Assembly (NCBI GenBank): GCA_022813965.1
Contig: JALDZS010000002.1
Span: 186,001 to 250,000, forward strand
Direction of reading: 5' to 3'
Length of the DNA: 64,000 nt
DNA from: Toensbergia leucococca
Lineage: Eukaryota
Below, piece after piece: positions 52,366 through 64,000 of this stretch; the first letter of the stretch is position 1, and each line of letters starts with the position of its first letter. The translations under genes were made by a program, and so were the position numbers. The notes beneath the pieces were generated by a model, which saw only the letters and a list, made by a program, of their open reading frames with translations, was not told the DNA's origin and did not search any database.

Positions 52366-53789
52366 AAGACTACAGCTTTCCACCGTTCTACCTTGGGATT
52401 ACAGAAATGTAATGTATTCCGAGCATCAAAGGTGATGGACCACCTTACTCCTCTCGTGTACTCATCATTAGCGAGACACCTGGTTTGATTTAATGCTCCG
52501 AGATACCACTCTTTTTGGCTATGAACTACCGGAGATGGCAGGAAGAAACCGAAATTCGGCCATGGTCATCTTGGCATGGAGTCATTGAAAGGCGCATTCG
52601 AGCCTCCATGACACATCAGCATCAGGAAACTTATTGGCACAACTTGCATACGATACAACCCACAGCGTGATTCTCAGAAGACGAGGCAAATGTGCGTCTG
52701 AAAGAAAAGACATTGCCGACTCAGTCCCAAGACAACTCAAATTCTTTTCTACCTATGAAGTGGTTGTGGTGACACTTTAACGCCATGTACCGGCCTCATC
52801 TTCGACTTGGTGTGCCACCCAGGAAACCGTTACCATTTCACCGTTTGGCTTCGGTCATCTGATTTGTCCAAACTTGCATTAACAAAGAAAGTCGTCACAT
52901 ATGACCAGCTCTCTTTCGAGGCCAGCATTCTCTGATTTGATTCCGAGCCCGACCTCGGGTCCTGATGGTGTGAGCGCCGGTGAGAGCTACTTTATCGTGG
53001 AAATTAAAAGATACGCTGTCAGAGTCAAATGGTTCCAGCTAATGCGCCAGAGGCTACAGATGCACGGTTATTTGCATAGCAAACAAGGCCTACAACAAGT
53101 CTAGGAGGAAGGGATCCATGCACTAGTGAAAGACGAAGGTCACCGTTCGAAATATAGACTCTATGACTGCCACTCGAAGCCTGGAAGCCTCCGAATTAGA
53201 TTGACAGGAAATATCTCAAGAAACTTCGTTTCAGGGTATGGTGCTCAATGCCGCCAGCCCCTCCTCTTAGCCGCTCCGGTACTGAAGTACACATGTGGGT
53301 TTATGTATCGGCTTCCTCATCGACTGTCCTATCCATATTCCAGCCGAGGTGATTGTTTCTATCAATTAGCCGTCGATCACCCCAAATTCAATCGCTTCAG
53401 TTCTTTGGGGACGTTTCAGATTGCGGGCCAGTGTTTGGCCTGCACGTTATGTATGATATAGGCTTGCTTGACCTATGGTATTTTCGTTAATTTTTGCGCG
53501 CGAATCAAATTTCATTGAACCCCCAAAGTAGAAACTCAATTTCAACCATGACTTCAAACCGTGGCGTCAACAGCCACGTCTCAATGGCTTCGTGCTTATT
53601 GCGAGGAATTGTCCATTGATTCGTGATGCGCCCAGATTCACTGAATCGGTTTCACTGCCTTGGGACTGATATCTATTAGATCGGTGCTTGGATGGCCTCA
53701 ACCACCATGGACACTATTCGTTGAATGTTGAATGTGAGGTGCGAAGGAAGTTCCTAAGATCGATCTCTCATTGGTCGCTGCGAAAAGAC

Positions 53790-55129
53790 ATGCCAAATTA
53801 TGTGGCATTGAATCCGACTTCGCCTGTACATCCTAACTTTTTGGTTTGTGATCGAGAGTATGGATCTGGAATTATTTACCACGACTGCAATTTCGCTGGG
53901 GGTATTCAACTCCCTCGAGGACAGAGTCCGGTGTACCATTATCTCAACAATGCAGCAGCGGCCAATACGTTACCATTCAATGTGGCACTAGGTGGGCAAT
54001 TTTCTCAATGATGAACTACGTTCATAATCCTAATCCGCCACGACTCACGGCAAATAACAGGCTCGTGCGCCATCTCTGTCGAATATGCAGGACCCGATTA
54101 TGCTGCTCCGTCTTACGTGCAGCTCATTCCAAACGATATACGGGGCATGGCAGGCTGGGTCATCCATCAATGTGCTTTTCTACGGAATGGAATTGGTGGA
54201 TTTGTCACAGGTAATCTAGCTCACTTGCTAGACTACGTCCGCATATCAGGATCATGGACCTATACTTCGGCTGGTACTATGACAACCTTCAGCTAGAGGT
54301 CGTTGCTAATTGTAGAAGTAATAAATGTTGGATTCATAACTGTCTCAATAACGGGTCCGGATGCCAGATATCGCAAGCCAGGAGACACTGATCCGGCGAT
54401 TCCATATACGATAGCAGGTCAAGCGGACACGAGGGCAGGCGAACTGTGGGATGAGGGGAACGAAGATACCCCTCTTTACGAACACTTTGCAGATATTGTG
54501 GATCGACTTGATCGCCGAGAGGAACAGATGCAACGAGGTGGCTCGTTGACCTGGTGGGAAGACAGCCCGCTCCCACCAGATCAAATGGTTTATGAGTGCG
54601 ATGCTAATCTGGGCAGCCCTGCTCTCGTTGACTGCAATCAGTTACAGTGGCAAGGGCTGGGTCCTACGTCCGATACCGTGACTATCAACCCGGAAACACC
54701 AAAGTTCTTTTCCTCAAGTAAGTACCCAAGGAAGGGAGAATGTCTCTCACTCCTGACATCAAAGCAAATCATTGTTCTGTCTGACAACTAGTGCCATCTG
54801 AAGACACCTGCAATATTGCCATTTCGGCAACAACAACCACCACGCTCATGTGGCGACAACTTCAGACTGCTCTGAACACCCTCATGAATGTCTGTGTTGA
54901 AAATCCAATCAAGTCATCGCAAGGTGGCAGAGCTCATTTTGCGCTCAACCCACCACCATCCAAGTATCACCGAAAGAGGGGGAAGAGAGACAGTCAGGTC
55001 ACTGGACTGGATGCGCTGCCGCCGTCCGTGAATGTGACTATTTTTGCACATGATGCGTCATCGACACTGAATTGCGAATGGCAAGCAGCACAGAAAGACG
55101 TGGCTCTATCTTCGTGCGCACAGGTGTGA
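53790..55129 (+). CDS. Cys-rich protein with two tandem KP4/Ecp2-like domains (start uncertain)
   Basis: Four exons splice in frame (introns 53992-54060, 54274-54315, 54718-54803); repeated pattern CD...G...DC...CxIx[VI]...C...GG. Confidence 0.65.
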
Positions 55130-55749
55130 TTCCTGCATTTGATCAAGGGATCCTGAAGGTAGTTCTGGAATATGAGTTGCGATGGCCTAGGAAGGTGTTT
55201 ACGCATTTTCTATCAGATAGAAAAATGCGACCTGTCCCTACCACGAGCAACGTGTCCGGGAGGTAGTATACCGCAGTATGCATGTCTATCGGTATCAGCT
55301 ATGGCCTGAGTCTGGAAGCAAATTTAAAAAAGGATTGATGAGTCATTAACCCTATTTTGTTCAGATACTCGGCTGTGTAACAGTGGATCTACTGCTGGAC
55401 TCTGTTGGGTTGCTTCTACCGTGCTATCGTATGATGATAGGCTGACCAACAACTTAATCAGCTCTGATCTATCTGGAGCGTTCATTGTCTCTACATCTCA
55501 ATGAAGCTTTCTAGTCTTCTTTGCACTAAGTCTGTTCCTTTTTTACAGTCAATCGTTCGCCCAATTCTAAACATGAGGTATCACTTTTTCCTCCTTTCCT
55601 TTAATCCTCCTTCAATTCTATTGAAAGCTTCTGCTTTTGGTTTTTCAATGCTTAATCCATCATAAAAAACATTTGTAGCAACCCATTTCAGATCGAAAAG
55701 TGGCGAGTTGTACTCCTCCTATTGGGCTAATTTTTGGTGGCTGAATTGA

Positions 55750-56603
55750 AAGGTGGCAAGGTTGAATTTCGTCTTCTACTAGACGTTAGTAAAGAAAGCC
55801 ATACGGGAAAGTACACGAAAAAAGTCTATCTTACCCGCAAGAACATCCCATACATATAGGCTCATTTCTCTCCAGTACTCTCGTTCTTTAGATCTCCAGG
55901 ATAGCCCACAACTCCAATAGTGAAGTCTCCCCGTTGAGGTGTCTCTGCGTATTTGACAGGACTTGTTCCTGCAAAGGGCTCGTTGACCTGGATGAAGCCT
56001 ACGTCGTTGGGCTTGAAACCTCTCATTTGCAGCCAGCCTCCGGTTGTCACAATTCGCTTGCCGATTCGAAACTGCACGCTCGGATCATGAACAGAGTCTT
56101 GGCCTTTGTATCCGATGTATGCCTTGATCTCAGTTGCACGTCCAAGGCTGTGGCTCCAGTCATAAGTACAGTGGCCAGCAGTGACAAGAAGATCAGGTCT
56201 GATAAGCCAGCCTGTCCCCATGGCCCATTTACCTGGCTCTTGAAACTCGTAGTGAATGAAGAGCTTAACAATAGCTAGCAAGCTTCGTCAGCAAGAGAAG
56301 ATACTAAGATCTAGATGACATACATCGATATTTGCCACTCTGTTTAAAATGGACGTCCTCCACCTTGACTCTCCTATCTTTGTCGCTAAGAAGACTCTCA
56401 CCACTGCCATTTTTCATGTCGAGGCAAAAAGTGGATTCCGGATTGGGAGCTTCAGTAGTAGCTGGAGTGGCTGCATCAAGATCCCAGATACCAGCAAGTG
56501 TTTGACGGAGCTCGGAAGCCTTAGCATTAATGTCAAGAGCAGCATCCTCGACGTTCTGCGATTCTGGAACAAGTGTACCGGGACGTGTGCTGGGGAGGTC
56601 CAT
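55750..56603 (-). pseudogene. Trypsin-fold glutamyl-endopeptidase (V8)-like serine protease, truncated
   Basis: GTGWLIRPDLLVTAGHC (catalytic His), NDVGFI (Asp), VVGYPGD; in-frame TGA at 55862-55864 followed by AYMYGMFL; no GxSGxP serine motif found downstream. Confidence 0.8.
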
Positions 56604-57359
56604 TGCGAGTGGAATGTCTTCGGTTTGAGTCGGAACTTCTCAGATGAAGAGTCTAATGAAAAGAAGTAGAGCTTATGGATGAGACAAGATGAACGCTACT
56701 CAGAGTAGAGAATATGATGGAAAGAACTTTTCTGATCTAGCAGATTGTAAAAGATTCTGCAGGTGTGCTTGTGGGAAGGAAAAAGCCTCGGGCAAACAGA
56801 TCCTTTTATGTTCTTCGGGCTTTAGAAGTTTTTTCTCACAATCTCGAAACTCCCCATGAGGAGTGTCGGGGCGATAGTTAATGCATTTGGTCTCTTGAAC
56901 AGAAATAGCTTTACTCTGGCAGATAGATCCCGATCCCAATCCGGCATCCGATTTACCTATCTTCGGAGCCTGTCTCTCTTTTCAGTGCCAGAATGTGCGA
57001 TTCTCTTCGGCGAGATTATTTCTTATAATGCAAGCGAGGCCTGGTGCAGCCAAATCAATATACCATCAAGCAGCGTTGGCGAAATCGATTTTTTCAGTCC
57101 GCAACTATATAATCATGGAGCTTATGGGCTTACTAACTTTATCATGTAAGCCGAGTATTCTGGATGTCGGGATGGGGGTAAATTTGTATGTGGAACGGCC
57201 ACGAGTCTCCGCCGCTCATCTCCGTCCCCATTCCTTCATTATGGCCTTATGAGCTGAAGCTCTCACTGCGGCAGCGAATACCGTGTTAATAGTCCGGTTC
57301 CGGGGGGGAGTGACCACCCCCTTTGCCCTCCACCCCATGGCTTCCTTAGCCTTCCGGTC

Positions 57360-57990
57360 GGCCGCCGTCACATCTATGAGAAGGAAACTCCGGCTGCTAA
57401 AGCTGACTCTAAAGAAGAGCTTAGAAAAGAGGATATAATTAGATACATGCAAGGAGAGAAAATCCGGCTGACGGAACAAAAGGCTATAGATCTATCATTA
57501 GCTGCGGCTGAAAAGAAACGTCAAGGACTTTATTCACAATTTTGCAATTCATTTCAGCTACAATCACGATCTGATAAGGGCGGAATTGACTGATATCACT
57601 ACAACAAACATATATTATGATTACATCTGTTGTCAGCATACAAGGGATTCAAGGAATCTCATCCCGGAGCGGTACTGATGCAGGATGGATGCTCAAATCA
57701 CACCTCTCACTGAAATGATAGAATCTTTCTAGAGTTCAATACTCAATTATTGGAATGGCCCGGCAATTCTCCAGATCTCAACCCTATAGAACACATCTGA
57801 TGCCTCCTCAAGGATAGAGTCACAAAAAGAAGGCCTTATCCTCATGGCCGTGCTCAATTGCATGCAGCGTGGATGGACGAGTGGGAAAAGCTGAGTATGG
57901 AACGGGATATCAACCCATTGATAGAGAATTTGAAACGTCGGATGAGACAGGTTCTAGAACATGATGAGGGAACAACTTTCATGGTTGATA
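57360..57990 (+). mobile_element. Tc1/mariner (IS630-Tc1-mariner, D34E spacing) transposase relic, 5'-truncated
   Basis: One frame reads HIYEKET...KGGID*YHY...VLMQDG...LLEWPGNSPDLNPIEHI*; 34 residues between the D of QDG and the E of NPIE; four TGA stops; no TIRs identified. Confidence 0.9.
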
Positions 57991-58128
57991 CACCTCAATA
58001 GAACATCATTGACGTGGCTATCTATTCAATTGTAGATGAAAATCACGATAAATGGCCTACTATTGATGTTCATATGAATGGTGCCAAGGCGCAATGCCTA
58101 CGTTGGCCATTTGCAATACTTTGAAAAA

Positions 58129-59747
58129 GGGTTCCATTATTCCGACACCCCATTTCGATATTCCGACACCCCCCCTTACCACTACCCAATTAGGCAATGA
58201 TTAGGTCTGATTAGGCATAGTCATCACCGGGCGCAATGTCAGATAGGTATTGAAACATCGCGATTTTGCATCACAATCCAGTGCAATTTATCATCTTCAC
58301 TTGCCAGAAGTAGTACATCATATACAGGAGATCAGGTAGTAGGATGATGGATGATGTGTGAGGATGAAACGCGTCAGCATTGCGCCCGGGCGGAGAACTC
58401 AGTGAAATTGAGTTTGAAGTCACGATGATACCCTTCAGTTTACTACTTCTAATTGACACGTAATTGAGAGAGTAAATGAACATGCAATGAAGGCAGAGGA
58501 TTGCGTTGAATTGTGATTCAAGATCGTGATGTTTCTCTATTCTAGGTGACATTGCGCCCGTGAGTGAGTGCGCCCGGGTGGGGGTGGAACACCAACTCAA
58601 GTTGTTATACAAAATCATGAAAATTCCCTAGATCATCCTGCTTCTAAATGGCACGCAATTGAGGATGTAGATAACATATAAAGAAGGTTGGGAATTGACT
58701 TGAAATGTGGTGTGAAATCATGATGTTTCTCTGTGCGCCCGTGGGTTCTATTGCCTGATTGAGTAGCGGTAGGGGGGGGTGTCAAAATATCGAAATGGGG
58801 GTGTGGGATTATCGGCAGAAACTTGTTTTTTATTGTTTTACAAGAGGTCATGTAATTATGTCTCTGTAGCAAGCATACATAGGTAACATCAGAGGCCCAG
58901 ACTGACAACCCTATACACTCACTCACAGTCATATATAATTGACAGATCCCTCTAAGAAGAATCACCTTCAGGGGGACTCATCAATCCCCTTTGATATCAG
59001 ACCTGCGTTATGTATTATCAGTTGAAGAATTTTCAGATTATATAGGCTCAACAGATTGATAGATGATCACAGAGATCACCTCTTCTCTGCTCTCAATCAT
59101 CTTTTCAGCCCTCATTCAGTGACAACAGCCTAACATGTGAACCTGTAGAGAGTAAAAGTATTGCACTGACGCCTATCAGTGAATAAACTTTCTATTCCTC
59201 CCTACCGTGACAGAGAGCCGTTGATGAATGTATATTGTCTGTCAGATAACTCAGGCATGCTCAAGTGAGACCGTCTCATTGAGACTGTCCTACTGAGACT
59301 CAGAATACTCATAAACCTATAGAAAGAAAATCCTCAGGGGATCTACCCATCAAGAACCGTAGCAATATCTCTCAATAGCTCCCTTTGAGGTTGAAATGAG
59401 TTCAGCATTCTGAAGTATCAATACAATGATAAAAACTGATTGAGGACGTCACTATTGAAGTCACAATAAAGGTTGTATACCGAGCCATGAATACAGGTCA
59501 ATATTGAGGCTTCAAGGTTGATATTGAATCAACGTGAAAGGGGGGTTAGTTTTGAGTCGTCAGGGCGGCGACAGCTCAAGGGGGGTGTTGAGTTGTCGTA
59601 TCTATCCTTTCAGATATTCATGATCGATGAGTAGGAATGGCGTAAGCCATCGTCGAACCTGAATCAGAAAAGATCAGCTACGTTTAACGTCCAGCTCGAC
59701 GGGGGGGTGTGGGATTATCAAAATGGGGTGTCGGAATAATGAAACCC
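58129..59747. mobile_element. Non-autonomous TIR DNA transposon (Mutator-like or hAT-like), 1619 bp
   Basis: 47-bp TIRs (58129-58175 and 59701-59747, 43/47 identical, GGG...CCC ends); exact 8-bp TSD TTGAAAAA at 58121-58128 and 59748-59755. Confidence 0.92.
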
Positions 59748-60366
59748 TTGAAAAATCACCTCGTACCAATTTGGTCCCATAGCCGAGTTTTCGCTACCGT
59801 TATGCATACGCTAATATCTCAGAATATTTAACATTTAGAACAATAGGAATGTTGCACAAATTCACCTAGAAATGACGACTGAGGAGATTATTCGTACCTA
59901 CCTCAGCTAGGGGACCTTCGGGCTGGTATATCACGTAGTCTCAAGCTCTGAGAATTGAGAGCTGGCAAGCTGAAGTCCGGTTCTATTCTACAGGATGTGT
60001 TGGAAGCCCATTCAAGCTTCTTCTTCTTCTTCTTCGACAATTCACCTACTTCTTCACTCTCCTGCTCTCCCACCAATTTCTTCACCACAACCGCAGCATT
60101 TCTTCGAAGGGCCCTCGCTGCCTTGTATGGGGCCTTGACAAGCCAGCATCTCATTTATCTCTTCGTGTTTTTGTTCCAAAATGGGACCACGTTCCTTCAA
60201 ATAGACTTTGTCATGCCCACCAAACCTTAACTTCGATTTCTCTGCGACATCTACAAGCAAAAACTCTCGCCTTTTCTCAGCCGCATCTACAGACTGCGAC
60301 TCTGTCTGGGAGGAATAGTCCGAGGCTATCAAGCCAACAAAAGAATACTCCTGCCCCTGGTCCAAG

Positions 60367-61584
60367 ATGCCGCGGCAAAGAACGTCCCGGCAAAAATCTC
60401 GACGATCCCTAGTCGACCAACACTCTCCCTTCCTAATGCTACCAGGCGAGATTCGCGATATCATCTATCGACATGCTCTCATAAGCCCGACCGCCATCGA
60501 CTTGTGGCCCCACCTCTACCATTACGACACCGAAGCACCCCGAGAGACACCAACAGGAACTGTGCTCATGGTTCGATACCAAAAAAGTCTAATCTATGTC
60601 CGCAAACAAATGGCAACAGGCTTACTGGGTACATGCCGACAAATTTACAACGAGGCAGCCATGTACTTCTGGGCCAAAAACATCTTCCGCTTCTCAGGCA
60701 GGAGCGGCTGGCAAGGTCTTCTAAGGTTCCTGCTAACAATTGGACCGCAGGCTCGACGCCGCATACACCGATTAGATGTTCATGCCCCATTCTACATGCG
60801 TTGGCCAGACAAACCCGTATCTTTCGTAGACCTCAACGGCATATCCAAGAACTATCCAAAAATGCACATGGCTAAGATTCCACCGGAGAACCATTTGGAC
60901 ACTCAGGCTATACAACGCGTGTGCTGCATTCTAGCCGAAGACAGAACTCTCGAGACCATGAACTGGGAGATACCAGATGACTTCCGCAACGGTGATGGTG
61001 AGGATGACGACTTTGGCGGGTACACCGAGAACCACTATCACCAAACCGTAGCGCACGAAACGCTTTACAAAATCGATTTCGTCAAGATCACTGTTGTCGT
61101 GGAGCCGGGCGGGTACCTGGCTGTGGAAACCGGCCCTGAACAGATCTTAAGGCTTGGATATAATCTTGCCTTCTTAAAGGGCAGTTTCGCCCACGAGAAG
61201 AACGAAGAAGGGAAATTCATGAAAACTAAAGTCACTGAATCACGCATCGACTTTTCTCGCTACCGGGATTACGAATACCTAATCGGGATCGATGCGCTCT
61301 TCCCCGACGTAGAGCCAGTCTCAGTCCACGCCAATGGAGGTAAGCATTGGGTCTCAAGCAGAAAGTTAGAGCGGGTCCTGAAGGGCTTTGGTAGCTGCAA
61401 CTTTATTGATCAGGAGCGAACTCTGACGCGGCTTAAAGTGGCAGACGATGACCCTGGGATCTTCCATAAGGAATCGATCAAGGAGCTGGAGATCATCAAG
61501 GTCGATACTTTGGCAGATGAGGTATTCGAGACGTCGTCTAGAAGGTCGTCCAGGCGGCTTATGGTTCCAGTACAGCCACCTTGA
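60367..61584 (+). CDS. Hypothetical 405-aa protein with an N-terminal F-box/2EXR-like motif
   Basis: SPFLMLPGEIRDIIYRHAL...LLGTCRQIYNEAAMYFWAKNIFRF is a pattern common in expanded Pezizomycotina families; intronless. Confidence 0.75.
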   Translation: MPRQRTSRQKSRRSLVDQHSPFLMLPGEIRDIIYRHALISPTAIDLWPHLYHYDTEAPRETPTGTVLMVRYQKSLIYVRKQMATGLLGTCRQIYNEAAMYFWAKNIFRFSGRSGWQGLLRFLLTIGPQARRRIHRLDVHAPFYMRWPDKPVSFVDLNGISKNYPKMHMAKIPPENHLDTQAIQRVCCILAEDRTLETMNWEIPDDFRNGDGEDDDFGGYTENHYHQTVAHETLYKIDFVKITVVVEPGGYLAVETGPEQILRLGYNLAFLKGSFAHEKNEEGKFMKTKVTESRIDFSRYRDYEYLIGIDALFPDVEPVSVHANGGKHWVSSRKLERVLKGFGSCNFIDQERTLTRLKVADDDPGIFHKESIKELEIIKVDTLADEVFETSSRRSSRRLMVPVQPP

Positions 61585-62557
61585 TCATCATTTTATTGCC
61601 AGCTAGTCCAAAAAGCAAATTCATAGAGGCCGCCCGTGTTCGGAAGAGGAAACTTACTTTAATCATACATAGATAAAGACGGAAAACTAGGACGAAGATA
61701 TCACGACGGGTTTTCTCCTCCTCACTCTCACACCATCATCAATCTCGCCCTCTCTACAATCCTGCCTAACAAAGTTCACCTCACTGAAGCATGTCTATAT
61801 CCTCGCTGCATCTTCCATCTCCCCTCGCTCTCAACCCTTCCCACTTCTCACCCCAAGATTTACCAATGCCCAACTAAATCTCCCTGTCCAAAATCATGTC
61901 GATCGTACGCCAGAGTTCTCCACACAATAATACCCATCACAAGTCGGAACCCCTTAACCCCAAATTTTCCACACCCAACACCAACAAAATTACCTATCAC
62001 TTCTCCCGAGCCCCCGAAAATACATTTCCACCCGATTTTCTAATCTCCGTCTTCATACCAGACCACCCCATTTCTGCCCCCACCCCATCTCTGCCACCCC
62101 CACCTTCTACAAACTCCGTCTACAAGCTCCTTCTACAAGCCCCTTCTACAAGCTCAGAAAGAACCAAATCCAACTCACTCCCTCACGTCCCAATAACCTC
62201 CCACACCAGCACAACATGGCGCCGTAGAGAGGAAAGCTCAGAGTTTCCATTGGTGTCTAAATCCAAGCTGTTTTCCATCTTTCCCACCATAGCCCTCTTA
62301 CAAGGCACTCCGAAAAACAGTATTGGAAATTACATATCAGGTACCTATGGAGATATGCTTTCCTACTTGCCACAAGCGAAATTTACATCCCCCACACTCA
62401 CACCTATCTATCTATCCTTGCGACCAGAGCCACATCATCAGCATTGACCCCACGTCTTTTACATCCACAACAAAGCGCAAGATGACCACCCCAAGTAATA
62501 ACACATTCTTACACTCCTTCACCAACCCCCACCACCCCCCCTTTACCGCCGCCACAT

Positions 62558-64000
62558 TCATCCATCAAAACTATACCTCAACCACTCCCCCACAGCCCTC
62601 AAACTCTCCCACCTCACACTCTCATCCCCATCCGCCATCAATTCCATCACCCGCGCCTTCAATCCCAACTTCTCCAACTGGCCCCTCTTCTCCGGCGCCT
62701 CCTTGACCAGGCACCCAACATCATTACACGCAATCGCCAAAACCTGCTTATCGCTCTCCCAGCTCTTGCCCATAATAGTCGCCAACTTGCGCGGCAACTC
62801 GCCCTTGCTGTCGTCTAGAATCCGCCGCGCGTTCTCGCGCCAGAAGTTGGCGTCGCGGTGCGGAGGGCTCCATCGCAAATGGCCATTTAGGACTTCGGCG
62901 GCATATTCGTCAAAGGTGGTTTGCGAGCTAGTGTACTCGTCCAGGAGGTCTATGAGGGATTTGAGGTCTTCGAGGGCGTCTGGGTCGGTGAGGTGGCGGC
63001 TTTTGAGGTTGGAGAGGAGGGCGGGGAGGCGGGCGGTTGTGGCGATTGGAAGAAGGCGGGGACGGTTGGGGGGGGGAGAGAGGAGGTTGAGGAGAGTGGA
63101 GAGGAGGAGCCGGGTTGTTTTTTCTTTTGGGGAGAGACGAAGGAGTTGGGTGTAAAGGGGTATTATTTCTTGTTCTCTGGGGGAAAGGGAGTATTAGTGG
63201 TTGAAATGTTTAGTTTGGTGGGGGAGGGGGAATGTACTCCTCGAGACCTTGTCCTACTAGTGAGCCTTCGAAACTTAGTTGCCAGATTGTGAGGAGGACG
63301 TGGTAGAGTAATTGTAACCCGACTCCGCCGCTGAGGCCGGCTTCAGTGGCACTTTTGATGCTGGCGCCGCCGCTCCATAATGTCGAGTCGGTATCTTTAC
63401 CTGCGCCTGCCGAGGCGCGAAGGATCTCGACGAGGGGATTGACAGTCTCTTGACGTTGATCCCAAAAGAGCTCCCTTGCTTTTTTGGTCCGAAGAAGGGC
63501 CGAATATTCCTGTACGGCAATGTCTTGCAGGCCGTTGTCTTGGCTTTTGGTCAGGGTGGAGAGGTATTTGTAGAGTTTGGGGAGGGCCTCATCGGTTTTG
63601 GAGGTAGATTTTGGGAATTTGGCCTGTGCGGTTGATAACAGGGAGGCGAGGACGGAGGATGTGAGGAGTGGGATGGTGTCCTCTGGGTTTGAAGAGTAGC
63701 TCAGTAGCGGAAGGAATGGCTTGTACGGATCTGGGTGGTCGAGGAGGACGGAGGGTAGGCTTGGGATGTCTAAGATTATCGAATTAGGGAGGAAATGCGA
63801 AAGAGGTTGCAGATTCCACTAGATGCCCATACCATTCATCAAATCGCCAGCAAGCACCAGGATATACTGAATGACGTCGGCTCTCTTGGCAGCAGATTCC
63901 AGAACACTCTTCCCATTGTCCCCGCCCAGGAGCAGTGACTGGTATCCCGCCATATCATTTTCGACCGTCTGCCGTCGTTGCTCCTTCCTTATCTTATCCA
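62558..64000 (-). CDS. VMA13: V-type proton ATPase V1 subunit H, 5' end beyond the window
   Basis: TTFDEYAAEVLNGHLRWSPPHRDANFWRENA, VLAIACNDVG, LGLKARVMELM, VGLQLLYHVLLTIWQLSFE. Confidence 0.95.

Noticed and set aside
55862..55864. TGA in the protease as selenocysteine or programmed readthrough
   Set aside because: Downstream sequence lacks the catalytic Ser motif, so simple pseudogenisation fits better.
52400..61600. Accessory island as a Starship or other giant mobile element
   Set aside because: No tyrosine-recombinase captain gene or bounding direct repeats recognised.
61896..62706. Pro/Ser/Thr-rich plus-strand ORFs downstream of VMA13
   Set aside because: C/A-skewed 3' flank and antisense overlap; the composition alone explains the open frames.

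Overview
Eukaryotic, intron-rich DNA from a filamentous ascomycete (Pezizomycotina; a lichen-forming Lecanoromycete is plausible but is only inference). Introns are short GT-AG with CTAAC/CTGAC-type branch points, so the ORF track fragments most genes; gene spans below were assembled by hand and internal exon boundaries are approximate. The backbone is housekeeping genes: aldo-keto reductase, GPI cell-wall protein, RPL35, GOS1, PILS/auxin-efflux-type transporter, DUF3824-like protein, PET8-like carrier, RPP40, TEX1, cyclin B, RML2, Zn2Cys6 TF, TRM11, HIT protein, SDR, SIR2, FUSC/ArAE membrane protein, ACL4, DNA2 and VMA13. Three accessory islands interrupt it. (1) About 12.2-17.9 kb: gene relics and orphans. 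(2) About 42-46.8 kb: a HeLo-like N-terminal-domain gene with an unrecognised C-terminus, next to a decayed gene. (3) About 52.4-61.6 kb: a tandem two-domain KP4/Ecp2-like protein convergent with a broken V8-type protease, a Tc1-like transposase relic, a three-terminus TIR element with an 8-bp TSD, and an F-box/2EXR-like orphan. Cross-cutting signals: decayed coding relics carry mostly TGA stops (not the TAA/TAG expected of canonical CpA RIP); many genes switch from C-rich to G-rich on the sense strand; TACTCCGTA recurs in five promoters. No CRISPR, rRNA or confident tRNA was found, and no undescribed system can be established from sequence alone; the candidates are listed as hypotheses.
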